A stretch of 46,026 bases of DNA from an uncultured Kofleriaceae bacterium (GTDB lineage Bacteria > Myxococcota_A > Polyangia > Haliangiales > Haliangiaceae): positions 106,821-152,846 of the forward strand of contig CAZUAR010000026.1 in the NCBI GenBank assembly GCA_964617845.1. The letters are read 5' to 3'. Shown here one piece after another: positions 1 to 7,898 of this stretch (its first letter is position 1; every line of letters starts with the position of its first letter). The notes beneath the pieces are model-generated. The model was given only the letters and a program-made list of their open reading frames with translations, was not told where the DNA came from and made no database searches. Position numbers and translations under genes: made by a program.

Positions 1-20
1 TCTCGGGGGAGAGTTCACGC

Positions 21-1868
21 ATGCGCGCATCTGCCCTCGCCGTGCTGTTGGCGGTCGCTTGCGGTGGCCCGCAGATCAAGGAACCCGCGTCGGCGAACCT
101 CTCGAAGGCGACGCCCGCGACGCTCGAGGCCGACCGCCCCCGCGAAGGCGACCCCCACGTCGTGAAGCTGCGCGTGTACGCCGACCCCGGTGTGCGCGCG
201 CTGCCGCGATGGAAAGAAGAGCTCACCGAGCAGATCGACTACGCGAGCCAGCTGCTGCGCCCGCTGCTCGGCGCCGAGCTGTCCGTCGTCGAGGTGAAGG
301 ACTGGGCGCGCGGCGGCGAGTCGACCGGCGCGCTGAAGCAGCTCGCGGCGCTCGACAAGGGCGACGACGTCACGTGGGTCATCGGCTACGTCACGCCGCC
401 CGATGCATCGACGAACGTCCTCGACGAGCTCGGCGACGCCGAGGTGCTCGGCAAGCACATCATCGTGCGCGGGTGGGCCGAGCGCGCGGAGTCCGAGGCG
501 CTCGCGAAGACGCTGCCCGACCTGAAGGAGAGCGAACGCAACGAGCTGCTCGCCGCGCATCGGCGTCACAAGCAGACCGTGATCTTGTTGCACCAGATCG
601 CGATCACGCTCGGCGCGCTCGCCGAGGCCGACCCGACGTGGATCGCGCACCCGACCTACTCGCCCAAGCAGACCGGGTTCGCGGATCGCACGCGCGAGCT
701 GATGACGATCGCGCTCGACGCGCGCGTCGCGGGCGACAAGGACCAGGACATCGCGAAGAAGCTCCTCGACGCGATCGACAAGAGCGAATGGGGCGGCTGG
801 ATCCCGGCGCAGAAGGATCAGACGGTCTCGATCCTGCGCGCGATCGTCGACGTCAACAAGTCGGGCAAGGTCGCGAGCGACATCCCGCCGGCCGCGCTCG
901 ATCAGGTCGGCCGCATCAAGCAGCTGGCCAAGCAAGGTGACCTCACCAGCGCGCTCGCCGAGCTCGACAACATCCTCGCCGCCTACCCCGCCACCGCGTC
1001 GCTGCACCAGCTCAAGTGCGATCTCCTCCTCGTTCCGGCCAAGCAGAAGGACGAGGCCGCGCGTCGCGCGGAGCTCCTCCGTCGCGCGAAGGATCCGAAG
1101 ACGATCGCCGCGTGCAAGCGCGTGCACGACCTCGCGCCCGGCGATCCGGGCCCGCACTTCTCGCTCGGCGACGTGCTCGCGCGCGCCGGCGACATCGGCG
1201 GCGCGCGCGCCGAGCTCCAGCTCGCGGAGCCCAAGATCGCGAACCTGCCCGACGCCGCCACGGCCGAGGCGGCATGGCGCCGTTTGATCGGCATCTATCA
1301 GTCGCTCGGCTCGCTCACGTGGACGGAAGAGGTCATCACCAAGGCCAAGCTCGACAAGGATCCGATCGCGGCCTCGATCGCGCAGACCCGCGCGCGCTAC
1401 GGCGTGCCGCGCGGCGCGACCGTGAAGCCGCAGGACGAGGCCGCGCTCGTCCGCGCCGTGAAGACCTCGCTCGAGCTCGTCTACGCATCGAAGTACGGCG
1501 AGGCCGAGAGAGCGATCGCCGCCGCCGAGAAGAAGTGGCCCGGCGCCCCCGGCCTCCACGCCGCGCGCTGCGATCTCGCGCTGCGCATGGGCTCGGTCGA
1601 CGGCGCTCGCGCCGCGTGCAACAAGGCGCTCGCCGCGCAGCCCGACGAGTCGTGGGCGCTCTACCTCTCGGGCGTCATCGCGCTCAAGCAAGCGAGCACC
1701 ACCCAGACCGGCATCGACTTCCTCAAGAAGGCGATCGCCGTCGACGCCGACCTCGGCCAAGCGTGGCGCACGCTCGCCAAGGCATACACGCGCGCGAAGG
1801 ACCGAGCGGCCTACGAGGCGCTCGCCAAGGACTACCAGGCGAAGTTCGGCCAGGCGCTACCGCCCTGA
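21..1868 (+). CDS. TPR-like repeat lipoprotein (secreted/periplasmic)
   Basis: N-terminal signal peptide with lipobox 'LLAVAC'. Ala/Leu-rich helical repeats typical of TPR proteins. Protein-like composition, whereas the overlapping antisense ORF is Arg-rich junk. Confidence 0.6.
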   Translation: MRASALAVLLAVACGGPQIKEPASANLSKATPATLEADRPREGDPHVVKLRVYADPGVRALPRWKEELTEQIDYASQLLRPLLGAELSVVEVKDWARGGESTGALKQLAALDKGDDVTWVIGYVTPPDASTNVLDELGDAEVLGKHIIVRGWAERAESEALAKTLPDLKESERNELLAAHRRHKQTVILLHQIAITLGALAEADPTWIAHPTYSPKQTGFADRTRELMTIALDARVAGDKDQDIAKKLLDAIDKSEWGGWIPAQKDQTVSILRAIVDVNKSGKVASDIPPAALDQVGRIKQLAKQGDLTSALAELDNILAAYPATASLHQLKCDLLLVPAKQKDEAARRAELLRRAKDPKTIAACKRVHDLAPGDPGPHFSLGDVLARAGDIGGARAELQLAEPKIANLPDAATAEAAWRRLIGIYQSLGSLTWTEEVITKAKLDKDPIAASIAQTRARYGVPRGATVKPQDEAALVRAVKTSLELVYASKYGEAERAIAAAEKKWPGAPGLHAARCDLALRMGSVDGARAACNKALAAQPDESWALYLSGVIALKQASTTQTGIDFLKKAIAVDADLGQAWRTLAKAYTRAKDRAAYEALAKDYQAKFGQALPP

Positions 1869-1945
1869 ACCTACCGGATCGGCGGGCGTGCGTACCGGCG
1901 GAAACGAGCCGTGGATATACTGCGGCCGTGACGTTCTTTCGCCGG

Positions 1946-3109
1946 ATGTTCTCGTCGGACTACCGCGCCGCGGTAGCGGCCGAAGCGGCGGGGAATGTCG
2001 ACCTGGCGGCGGAGCGCTATGCCCTGTGCGGCGAGCACGAAGGCGCGGTGCGCATGCACCTCGCGCGGGCGGCGCGGGCGGGGTCGCGGCTCGCGGAGAT
2101 CGCGGCGCTGCGCGATGCGATGCGCTGGGCCGGCGAGGATCCGGCGCTGCGGCGCAAGGCGGCGGCCGCGCTGGGCAAGGCGTTGTGGGAGGCGGCGAAG
2201 GCCGAGGGCATCGCGACCGAGCGCGATCGCGCGAAGGTGCGCGAGGCGGCGGACCTGCTGGTCACCGGCGACGACCACGCGCTCGCGGGCGAGGCGCTCG
2301 AGGCGATAGGCGATCACCTCGCGGCCGCGAACGCGTACTCGGCGGGTGGCCTGGTCGAGCGCATGGAGCAGGCGCTGGCGAAGGACGACGAGCGATCGTC
2401 GGCGGCGCGCAGCGAGGCGGACGCGCACGCGAACTACGAGACGTCGATGCGCGTCGGCCGGCGCGATGATGCGCGCGCGGAGCTCGTGCGCGCGATCGCG
2501 ACGGCGCGCGTGGCCGGCGAGTATCGGCGCATGCTCGATCAGCTCGACACCGCGCTCCTCACGGCGGGCAAGGTCGAGCTCAAGCGGCGCGGCAAGCCGC
2601 TGATCGTCGCGTGCGCGGCGGAGAAGCTGGTGCTCGGTCGCGATCCGCTGTGCGATCTGACGCTGCGCGCGGGCGGCGTCTCGCGGCAGCACGCGGAGAT
2701 CGAGCGCGAGGGCGACAGCTTCGTGCTGCGCGATCTGGACTCGCGCAACGGAACGACGGTCAGCGGGTTACCGCTCGCGGGAAAGGTCCCCCTCGCCGGG
2801 ACCGGCAAGTTCGGGCTGGGCGACGAGTGCTCGATCGAGTACGAGCGCGAGGGCGAGCTGTTGATCCTGCGCTGCACCAACGGGCTCGATCGCGGCGTCG
2901 CGTTGATCGCGGGCCCGGAGGGGACGAAGATCTCGCTCGCGTCGCTCGGGTCGTCGCTCGACGTCGTGTTCAAGAACGGGCGGCCGCTGCTCGGCCGCGG
3001 CACCGCGAAGGACGTGATGTTCAACGGCGAGCCGCTCGGCGACGTGCGCGTGCAGCTGATCCGCGACGACCGCGTGATCGCGGACGGCGACGAGATCGAT
3101 ATCGGCTAG
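1946..3109 (+). CDS. FHA domain-containing protein (N-terminal helical region, C-terminal forkhead-associated domain)
   Basis: The C-terminal stretch 'LVLGRDPLCDLTLRAGGVSRQHAEIEREGDSFVLRDLDSRNGTTVSG' matches the FHA signature (G-R...S-R-x-H / N-G-T). ATG at 1946 is in frame with the real part of the 1016..3109 ORF; upstream of it that ORF is Arg-rich noise. Confidence 0.7.
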   Translation: MFSSDYRAAVAAEAAGNVDLAAERYALCGEHEGAVRMHLARAARAGSRLAEIAALRDAMRWAGEDPALRRKAAAALGKALWEAAKAEGIATERDRAKVREAADLLVTGDDHALAGEALEAIGDHLAAANAYSAGGLVERMEQALAKDDERSSAARSEADAHANYETSMRVGRRDDARAELVRAIATARVAGEYRRMLDQLDTALLTAGKVELKRRGKPLIVACAAEKLVLGRDPLCDLTLRAGGVSRQHAEIEREGDSFVLRDLDSRNGTTVSGLPLAGKVPLAGTGKFGLGDECSIEYEREGELLILRCTNGLDRGVALIAGPEGTKISLASLGSSLDVVFKNGRPLLGRGTAKDVMFNGEPLGDVRVQLIRDDRVIADGDEIDIG

Positions 3110-3114
3110 AAGCG

Positions 3115-4554
3115 ATGCCTGGTTTTTTCAAACGACTGTTCGGCCGCAGCGACAAGAAGCCGGAGCTTCCCGTCGAGAATCGGCCGCCCGCGCCCGAGCC
3201 GCAGCACCTCGGCAGCGAGGAGGAGACGTTCCTCGCGACGCTCGTGGCGGATCTCGCGGAGGGCAAGCGACGCGACGAGGTCGGCAACGCGAACACGCTG
3301 AAGAAGATCGACGGCGTGTGGAGCTCGGGGCACGAGCGCCTCGCGATCGAGTGGATGGAGAAGCTGCTGTCGATTCCCGAGATCCCGCACGAGTCGACGG
3401 CGGCGCTGCGCGCGGCGCTCGTCGAGCGCTACGAGCAGCGCGGCGAGCTCGACACGGCGATCCCGCACCTCGAGGGCCTGACCGCCGAGGAGCCGCACGC
3501 GTTGCGCGCGCACTACCTGCTCGCCGAGCACGCGCGCAAGAAGGGCGATCACGAGCGCGCGCTGCGCCACTACGAGGCGGTGCTCGGTCGCGATGTCGAC
3601 TACCCGAACGTGCGCGTGCGCGTCGAGCGGTTGCGCCAGCTCGCGGGACGCGCGGCGCCGGTCGCGGGCGAGACGATCGCGGCCGGCGATGTCGCGGGCA
3701 TTCAGGCCGGCGCGCGCTATCGGCTCGTGCGCGAGCTCGGGCGAGGCGCGACGGGCGTGGTGTACCTCGCGCGCGACGCGGAGCTCGAGCGCGACGTCGC
3801 CGTGAAGCTCTTGCACCCGCACCTCGCGGGCACCGAGCGCGCCGATCAGCTCGCGCGGTTCTTCCACGAGGCGCGCGTGATGGCGTCGCTCCGGCATCCG
3901 AACATCGTCGCCGTGCTCGACATGGACGAGCCCTCGCGGCGCATCGTGATGGAGCTCGCCGCGGGCGGCACGCTCAAGGACGTGCTGCGCGAGCGCGGCC
4001 CTCGCCCGCTGCGTCGCGCGATCGAGCGCCACGGGCAGATCCTGAGCGCGCTCGCGGCGGCGCACCGGCGCGGCATCGTGCACTGCGATCTCAAGCCCGC
4101 GAACCTGATGTTCCGGCGCGACGTCGACGGTCCGGGCGTCGAGGTGATGCTCGGCGACTTCGGCGTGGCGCACCTGCCCGACGCGACCGGCGAGACGGGC
4201 GCCGCGGGCAAGCGCGCCGAAGCGGTCGGCACGCTGGCCTACATGTCTCCGGAGCAGCGCCGCGGCGAGCTCACGCCGGCGGCGGACATCTATGCGACCG
4301 CGGTGGTGCTGTACGAGAACCTGACCGCGCGCACGCCGTGGGAGCGTGCGCTGATGGCGGGTGTCCGGAAGGCGGACGATCTGCGACTGCCCGACTTCGT
4401 GTTCGCGCATGTGCCCGCGGCGATCGCCGAGGAAGTGCAGCACCATATCCAGCGCCTGGGCGATCCGGATCCGAGCAAGCGTCCCACCACGGCGCAGGCG
4501 CTCGTCGAGTCGCAGCGACTGCGCGAGCGCTTGATCGCGGCCGGCGCGCCGTAG
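3115..4554 (+). CDS. Serine/threonine protein kinase with N-terminal TPR-like regulatory region
   Basis: Hanks kinase motifs: 'LGRGATGVVYLARD' (G-loop), 'VAVK' (catalytic Lys), 'HCDLKPAN' (catalytic loop), 'DFG', 'SPEQ'. ATG at 3115 lies 5 nt after the FHA gene stop, so the two genes form an FHA/kinase operon. Confidence 0.8.
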   Translation: MPGFFKRLFGRSDKKPELPVENRPPAPEPQHLGSEEETFLATLVADLAEGKRRDEVGNANTLKKIDGVWSSGHERLAIEWMEKLLSIPEIPHESTAALRAALVERYEQRGELDTAIPHLEGLTAEEPHALRAHYLLAEHARKKGDHERALRHYEAVLGRDVDYPNVRVRVERLRQLAGRAAPVAGETIAAGDVAGIQAGARYRLVRELGRGATGVVYLARDAELERDVAVKLLHPHLAGTERADQLARFFHEARVMASLRHPNIVAVLDMDEPSRRIVMELAAGGTLKDVLRERGPRPLRRAIERHGQILSALAAAHRRGIVHCDLKPANLMFRRDVDGPGVEVMLGDFGVAHLPDATGETGAAGKRAEAVGTLAYMSPEQRRGELTPAADIYATAVVLYENLTARTPWERALMAGVRKADDLRLPDFVFAHVPAAIAEEVQHHIQRLGDPDPSKRPTTAQALVESQRLRERLIAAGAP

Positions 4555-4588
4555 TCGCCGCGCCGGCGACTCGTAGTACGATCTCGTC

Positions 4589-4975
4589 GTGCGACGCGCG
4601 TGGCTGTTGGCGGTGCTCCTCGCGGGTTGCGATCTCGTGTACGGGCTCGAAGGTCGTCTTCCACCGGAGGCGCAGCCCGGCGACGAAGACGGCGACGGTC
4701 GACTCGACGAGAACGACGCGTGTCCGCACATCGCGAACGAGTCCGACGTCGACCTCGATGTCGACGGCATCGCCGCCGAGTGCGATCCCGACGACGAAGA
4801 CAACACGACGATGTTCCGCTGGTTCCCGATCCGCGACGGCCTGCTCGGCGGCGACTTCTCGCAGATGGGGACGATCGGCCTCGTCGGCAATTCGCTCCAG
4901 TTCGGTGCGGACGAGGTGCACACGAGCTGGCTGTTCTACGACGTCGACGCGACCACGATCCGTGAATCGCGGTGA
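4589..4975 (+). CDS. Lipoprotein with thrombospondin type-3-like Ca-binding Asp repeats (possibly N-terminal part of a frameshifted gene)
   Basis: Signal peptide plus lipobox 'LLAGC'. Repeats 'DEDGDGRLDENDACP' and 'DVDLDVDGIAAECDPDDED' are TSP3-like. The ORF stops at 4975, but a protein-like reading continues in the +1 frame. Confidence 0.5.
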   Translation: MRRAWLLAVLLAGCDLVYGLEGRLPPEAQPGDEDGDGRLDENDACPHIANESDVDLDVDGIAAECDPDDEDNTTMFRWFPIRDGLLGGDFSQMGTIGLVGNSLQFGADEVHTSWLFYDVDATTIRESR

Positions 4976-5312
4976 CGACGACGTGGACCGCGGCTCCGTG
5001 TGCTTCGTCGGCGTCGCGCAAGACACCGACGAGAAACCTCCGATCCTCGGGGACGCGTACCTCGAGCTCAAGGAGGACGAGCAGCAGAAGCCGCACGTCA
5101 GCTTCGAGCCGCCGCTGAACGGCACGGTCGGTCGGCTCTATCAGTTCCGCACGACCGAGAAGGTGCGTTGCGGCCTCGCGCGCCCCGGCGAGGTGCTCCT
5201 GACCGCGAGCTACGACGTCACGCGCCCGACGACGACAGGCAGGTTCGCGCTCAGCTCCGACCGCATCACGGTGAAGCTGACGCACATCTGGCTCGCGTGG
5301 CAGCCGCGATGA
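4962..5312 (+). CDS. Protein-like continuation in a different frame (GTG 4962), either an independent small ORF or the C-terminal part of the 4589 lipoprotein after a frameshift
   Basis: The 3' end of the long 3318..5312 ORF becomes non-Arg-rich and protein-like exactly where the 4589 ORF terminates ('VNRGDDDVDRGSVCFVGV...KLTHIWLAWQPR'). Confidence 0.35.
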   Translation: MNRGDDDVDRGSVCFVGVAQDTDEKPPILGDAYLELKEDEQQKPHVSFEPPLNGTVGRLYQFRTTEKVRCGLARPGEVLLTASYDVTRPTTTGRFALSSDRITVKLTHIWLAWQPR

Positions 5313-7061
5313 CTACTCGTCCTTGACCGGCGTCGCCTTGAGCGCGGCTTTGCCGTCCTTCACGTAGACGGTGAAGCGAACCTCTTTGCAGCCGGTCTTC
5401 GCCATCAGGTCGTCGCGGTTCTTCACGAGCTTCTCGGCGAACTTCGGGTACGTGAGCCCCGACGTCGGCTCGCCGCAGCTCTTCTTCACCGAGACGAACT
5501 GCTCGAACACCTGCTTGAAGTGCGCTTCTTGATCCTGCGGGTCGTCGGCCTTCTTCTCGGCGCCGCCGAGGATGTCGTCGTCGAGCGCGTCACCGAGCGA
5601 GAGAGGCGCGGCCGGTGGAGGCGGCGTCGCCGCGAACGCGGGTGGCGTCGGCGTGCGCGGGGCCGGCATCGGCTTGGGCGGCGGCGTAGACACCGGCGGG
5701 AACGCGGGCTTCGGCGGCGGCGCGGCCGTGCCGGGCATCGGCGTCGGGCGCGCGGGGACCGACAGCGACGGCGGCGGATCGTTGAACTTGAAGTCCGACG
5801 GCGCGACCGGTGCGGGCGACGCCGGACCACCCGGCCGCACCGACGGCAACGCCGTGGCGAGCAGGTCGATCGTGCCGAGGCTTCCCTCGGGTGCGGGACC
5901 GAGCAGCTGATCGAGATCCTTCTTCGCGGTCTTCGCTTCGCGCCCGAGCTTGTCGATGTGGATGTTCACGCTGCGCGCGATCGATCCGAACTTTCCGCCG
6001 TGCGCGTCCTCGGAGAGCCGCTCGGTCTCTCCCTTCGCGAGCCTCACCGCATCGGCGGCGAGTCGCTTCAGCGGGCGATCCGCCTCGACGAGCATCAGCA
6101 CGATACCGATGGCGAGGACGACGAGGAACGCGCCGCCGACGAGGATCCACGGGAAGTTTCCGAACGAGAGGTCGCTCTGCGTGACGACCTTCATCGTGCC
6201 GGCGAACCCGATCGTCGTCGGGCGCTTGATCATCACCGAATAGAACGCGTTCTTCGAGGCGGCCTCGCCGGGCAGACGCGCGACGATCGCGGTGTAGTCG
6301 TCCTTGCCGCTCGTCACGGCCAGCGGCTTGTTCGCCTGGCAGTCGCGACCGATCTCGCCGGTGCTCTTCTTGACGATGTCGAGCATCGGGCCGGCGTCGA
6401 CCGCGAGGCTCTTCGAGCCGGCGACATCGTCCTTGCCGAGATAGAAGCCGAGCTCGACGTCGAGCGACTTCACGAGGCGCTGGGCGAGCGCGTTGGTCAC
6501 CTGGTGTCCCAGCACGACCGCGCCGACGTACGCGACCGGCGGATCGCGCTTGATCACCGGTGCCGCGGACACGAAGTACATCGTGCCGTTGTGCGCCCAC
6601 AGGTCATCGCGCAGGTAGCCGGCGAGCGCATCGTCGACGAGCGGACGCCCCGCGGCGACATCGCCGAAGTCATTCGCATCGAGCGCGACGCGCGCGACGA
6701 CGCGACCGCGCTTGTCGATCAGCATCGCGAAGTCGGGCTTGCGGCCCTGGATCGTGTTGATGACCTTCTCGCCGACATCGCGCACGGACTTCATGCGCGC
6801 CTCGTCGAGCTTGTCCTGCGCACCCGCGGTCTCGAGCGCGCCGACGATCTCGGGAGTGCGCGAGAACTTGCCGGCGAGATCGACGCGGTTGCGCGCGTCA
6901 TCGCCGAGCAGGATGTCGACGACACCGCACGCGACCACGAGGCGCTGCTGCTCCTCGGCGACCAACGTGCGCTGCGCGGGGCGCGGCATCACGAGCGCGA
7001 TCGTCAGTGCGATCGCGCCCGCGAGGGCGACGAGGAAGAACCAGATCTTGCTCAGGAACAC
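5313..7061 (-). CDS. Membrane sensor-like protein: TM, ~270-aa periplasmic domain, TM, HAMP-like helix, Pro-rich linker, conserved C-terminal ~70-aa domain
   Basis: Two hydrophobic segments ('IWFFLVALAGAIALTIALV' and 'FPWILVGGAFLVVLAIGIVLMLV'). A HAMP-like amphipathic region follows the second TM. A long PxP-rich tract precedes the C-terminus 'FKQVFEQFVSVKKSCGE...CKEVRFTVYVKDGK'. There is no kinase or MCP output domain. Confidence 0.7.
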   Translation of the reverse strand: MFLSKIWFFLVALAGAIALTIALVMPRPAQRTLVAEEQQRLVVACGVVDILLGDDARNRVDLAGKFSRTPEIVGALETAGAQDKLDEARMKSVRDVGEKVINTIQGRKPDFAMLIDKRGRVVARVALDANDFGDVAAGRPLVDDALAGYLRDDLWAHNGTMYFVSAAPVIKRDPPVAYVGAVVLGHQVTNALAQRLVKSLDVELGFYLGKDDVAGSKSLAVDAGPMLDIVKKSTGEIGRDCQANKPLAVTSGKDDYTAIVARLPGEAASKNAFYSVMIKRPTTIGFAGTMKVVTQSDLSFGNFPWILVGGAFLVVLAIGIVLMLVEADRPLKRLAADAVRLAKGETERLSEDAHGGKFGSIARSVNIHIDKLGREAKTAKKDLDQLLGPAPEGSLGTIDLLATALPSVRPGGPASPAPVAPSDFKFNDPPPSLSVPARPTPMPGTAAPPPKPAFPPVSTPPPKPMPAPRTPTPPAFAATPPPPAAPLSLGDALDDDILGGAEKKADDPQDQEAHFKQVFEQFVSVKKSCGEPTSGLTYPKFAEKLVKNRDDLMAKTGCKEVRFTVYVKDGKAALKATPVKDE

Positions 7062-7068
7062 CGGGCGC

Positions 7069-7749
7069 TCACTTCTTCGCCGGCTGCGCGAGCGCCGGCA
7101 CCTTCGGGTTCACCTCGACCTTGCCCTTGGCTCCGACGTTCACATCCGTCGCACCGTCGAGCCACCCATCCTTGTAATAGATCCGGAGCTTGTAGCTGCC
7201 CTCCGCCACGTCGCCGAGATCGAACTTCCCGCTCTCGTCGACCGACGCGACATACGGCGTGTTCACAACGACGAGCTTCCCCTGGAGGTGCGGCGCGTCG
7301 GTATCCGAGATCGTGTAAACCTTGCCGCCCTCGGTCGGTCGAAACGACTTCGGCCCCGTCGGGTTGATCGGCCCCGCGGGAATCAACTTCGGATCCTCCG
7401 CCGCCACGAGCGTGCGCGCCGTGCGCGACGTGTTCTTGATGACGACCTCGGCGCCCGCGGGCGCGCCGACCACGGGACGCGCGAACGACTCGCCCGGCAG
7501 CTCCCACGTGACCTGCCCCGGCGAGCTCGGCTTGGCGTCGCCCTCGAGCACCACGATCATGTACGGCGTCACCGCCACGGGCTTTGCCGGTGCGAGCGGG
7601 TTCTCGACGCGCTCGAGGAACCCCTTGGTCGCCGGCGGTGGCCGATCGGGCGGTGGCGGCAAGTCGAGCTTGCCCGACACCGAGCCCGCCATCGCCACCA
7701 GCGAAGACCCCGTAACAACGCCAAACACCACGAGACGCAGTGAGGACAT
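7069..7749 (-). CDS. Secreted protein with carboxypeptidase-regulatory-like / Ig-like beta-sandwich domain
   Basis: Signal peptide 'MSSLRLVVFGVVTGSSLVAMAGSVSG'. 'GKFDLGDVAEGSYKLRIYYKDGWLDG' resembles a CarboxypepD_reg fold. It lies 7 bp upstream of the 5313..7061 gene on the same strand, giving a likely operon. Confidence 0.65.
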   Translation of the reverse strand: MSSLRLVVFGVVTGSSLVAMAGSVSGKLDLPPPPDRPPPATKGFLERVENPLAPAKPVAVTPYMIVVLEGDAKPSSPGQVTWELPGESFARPVVGAPAGAEVVIKNTSRTARTLVAAEDPKLIPAGPINPTGPKSFRPTEGGKVYTISDTDAPHLQGKLVVVNTPYVASVDESGKFDLGDVAEGSYKLRIYYKDGWLDGATDVNVGAKGKVEVNPKVPALAQPAKK

Positions 7750-7898
7750 GATGCGATGCAAATCGTAGTGCCCCCGCACTCCCGGCTGCAACCCATGGAG
7801 GGGCCTACTTCATCGCGCCCTCGACCGAACATCGTCGCGGGAGCGCACCGACATCATCATCCGCGAATGCGCGAGCGCGAGATCGTACGCAACCGTAC

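Noticed and set aside
15-1760. 581-aa ORF antisense to the TPR lipoprotein gene
   Set aside because: Extremely Arg/Gly/Ala-rich with no motifs. It is a typical shadow ORF of a high-GC gene on the opposite strand.
1016-1945. Upstream extension of the FHA ORF (track start 1016)
   Set aside because: This part is Arg-rich and overlaps the well-supported lipoprotein gene. The real start is the ATG at 1946, after the upstream stop.
2611-3114. Upstream extension of the kinase ORF
   Set aside because: Arg-rich noise overlapping the FHA gene. ATG 3115 directly follows the FHA stop.
3106-4923. 605-aa minus-strand ORF opposite the Ser/Thr kinase
   Set aside because: Arg-rich antisense artefact. The kinase frame carries all catalytic motifs.
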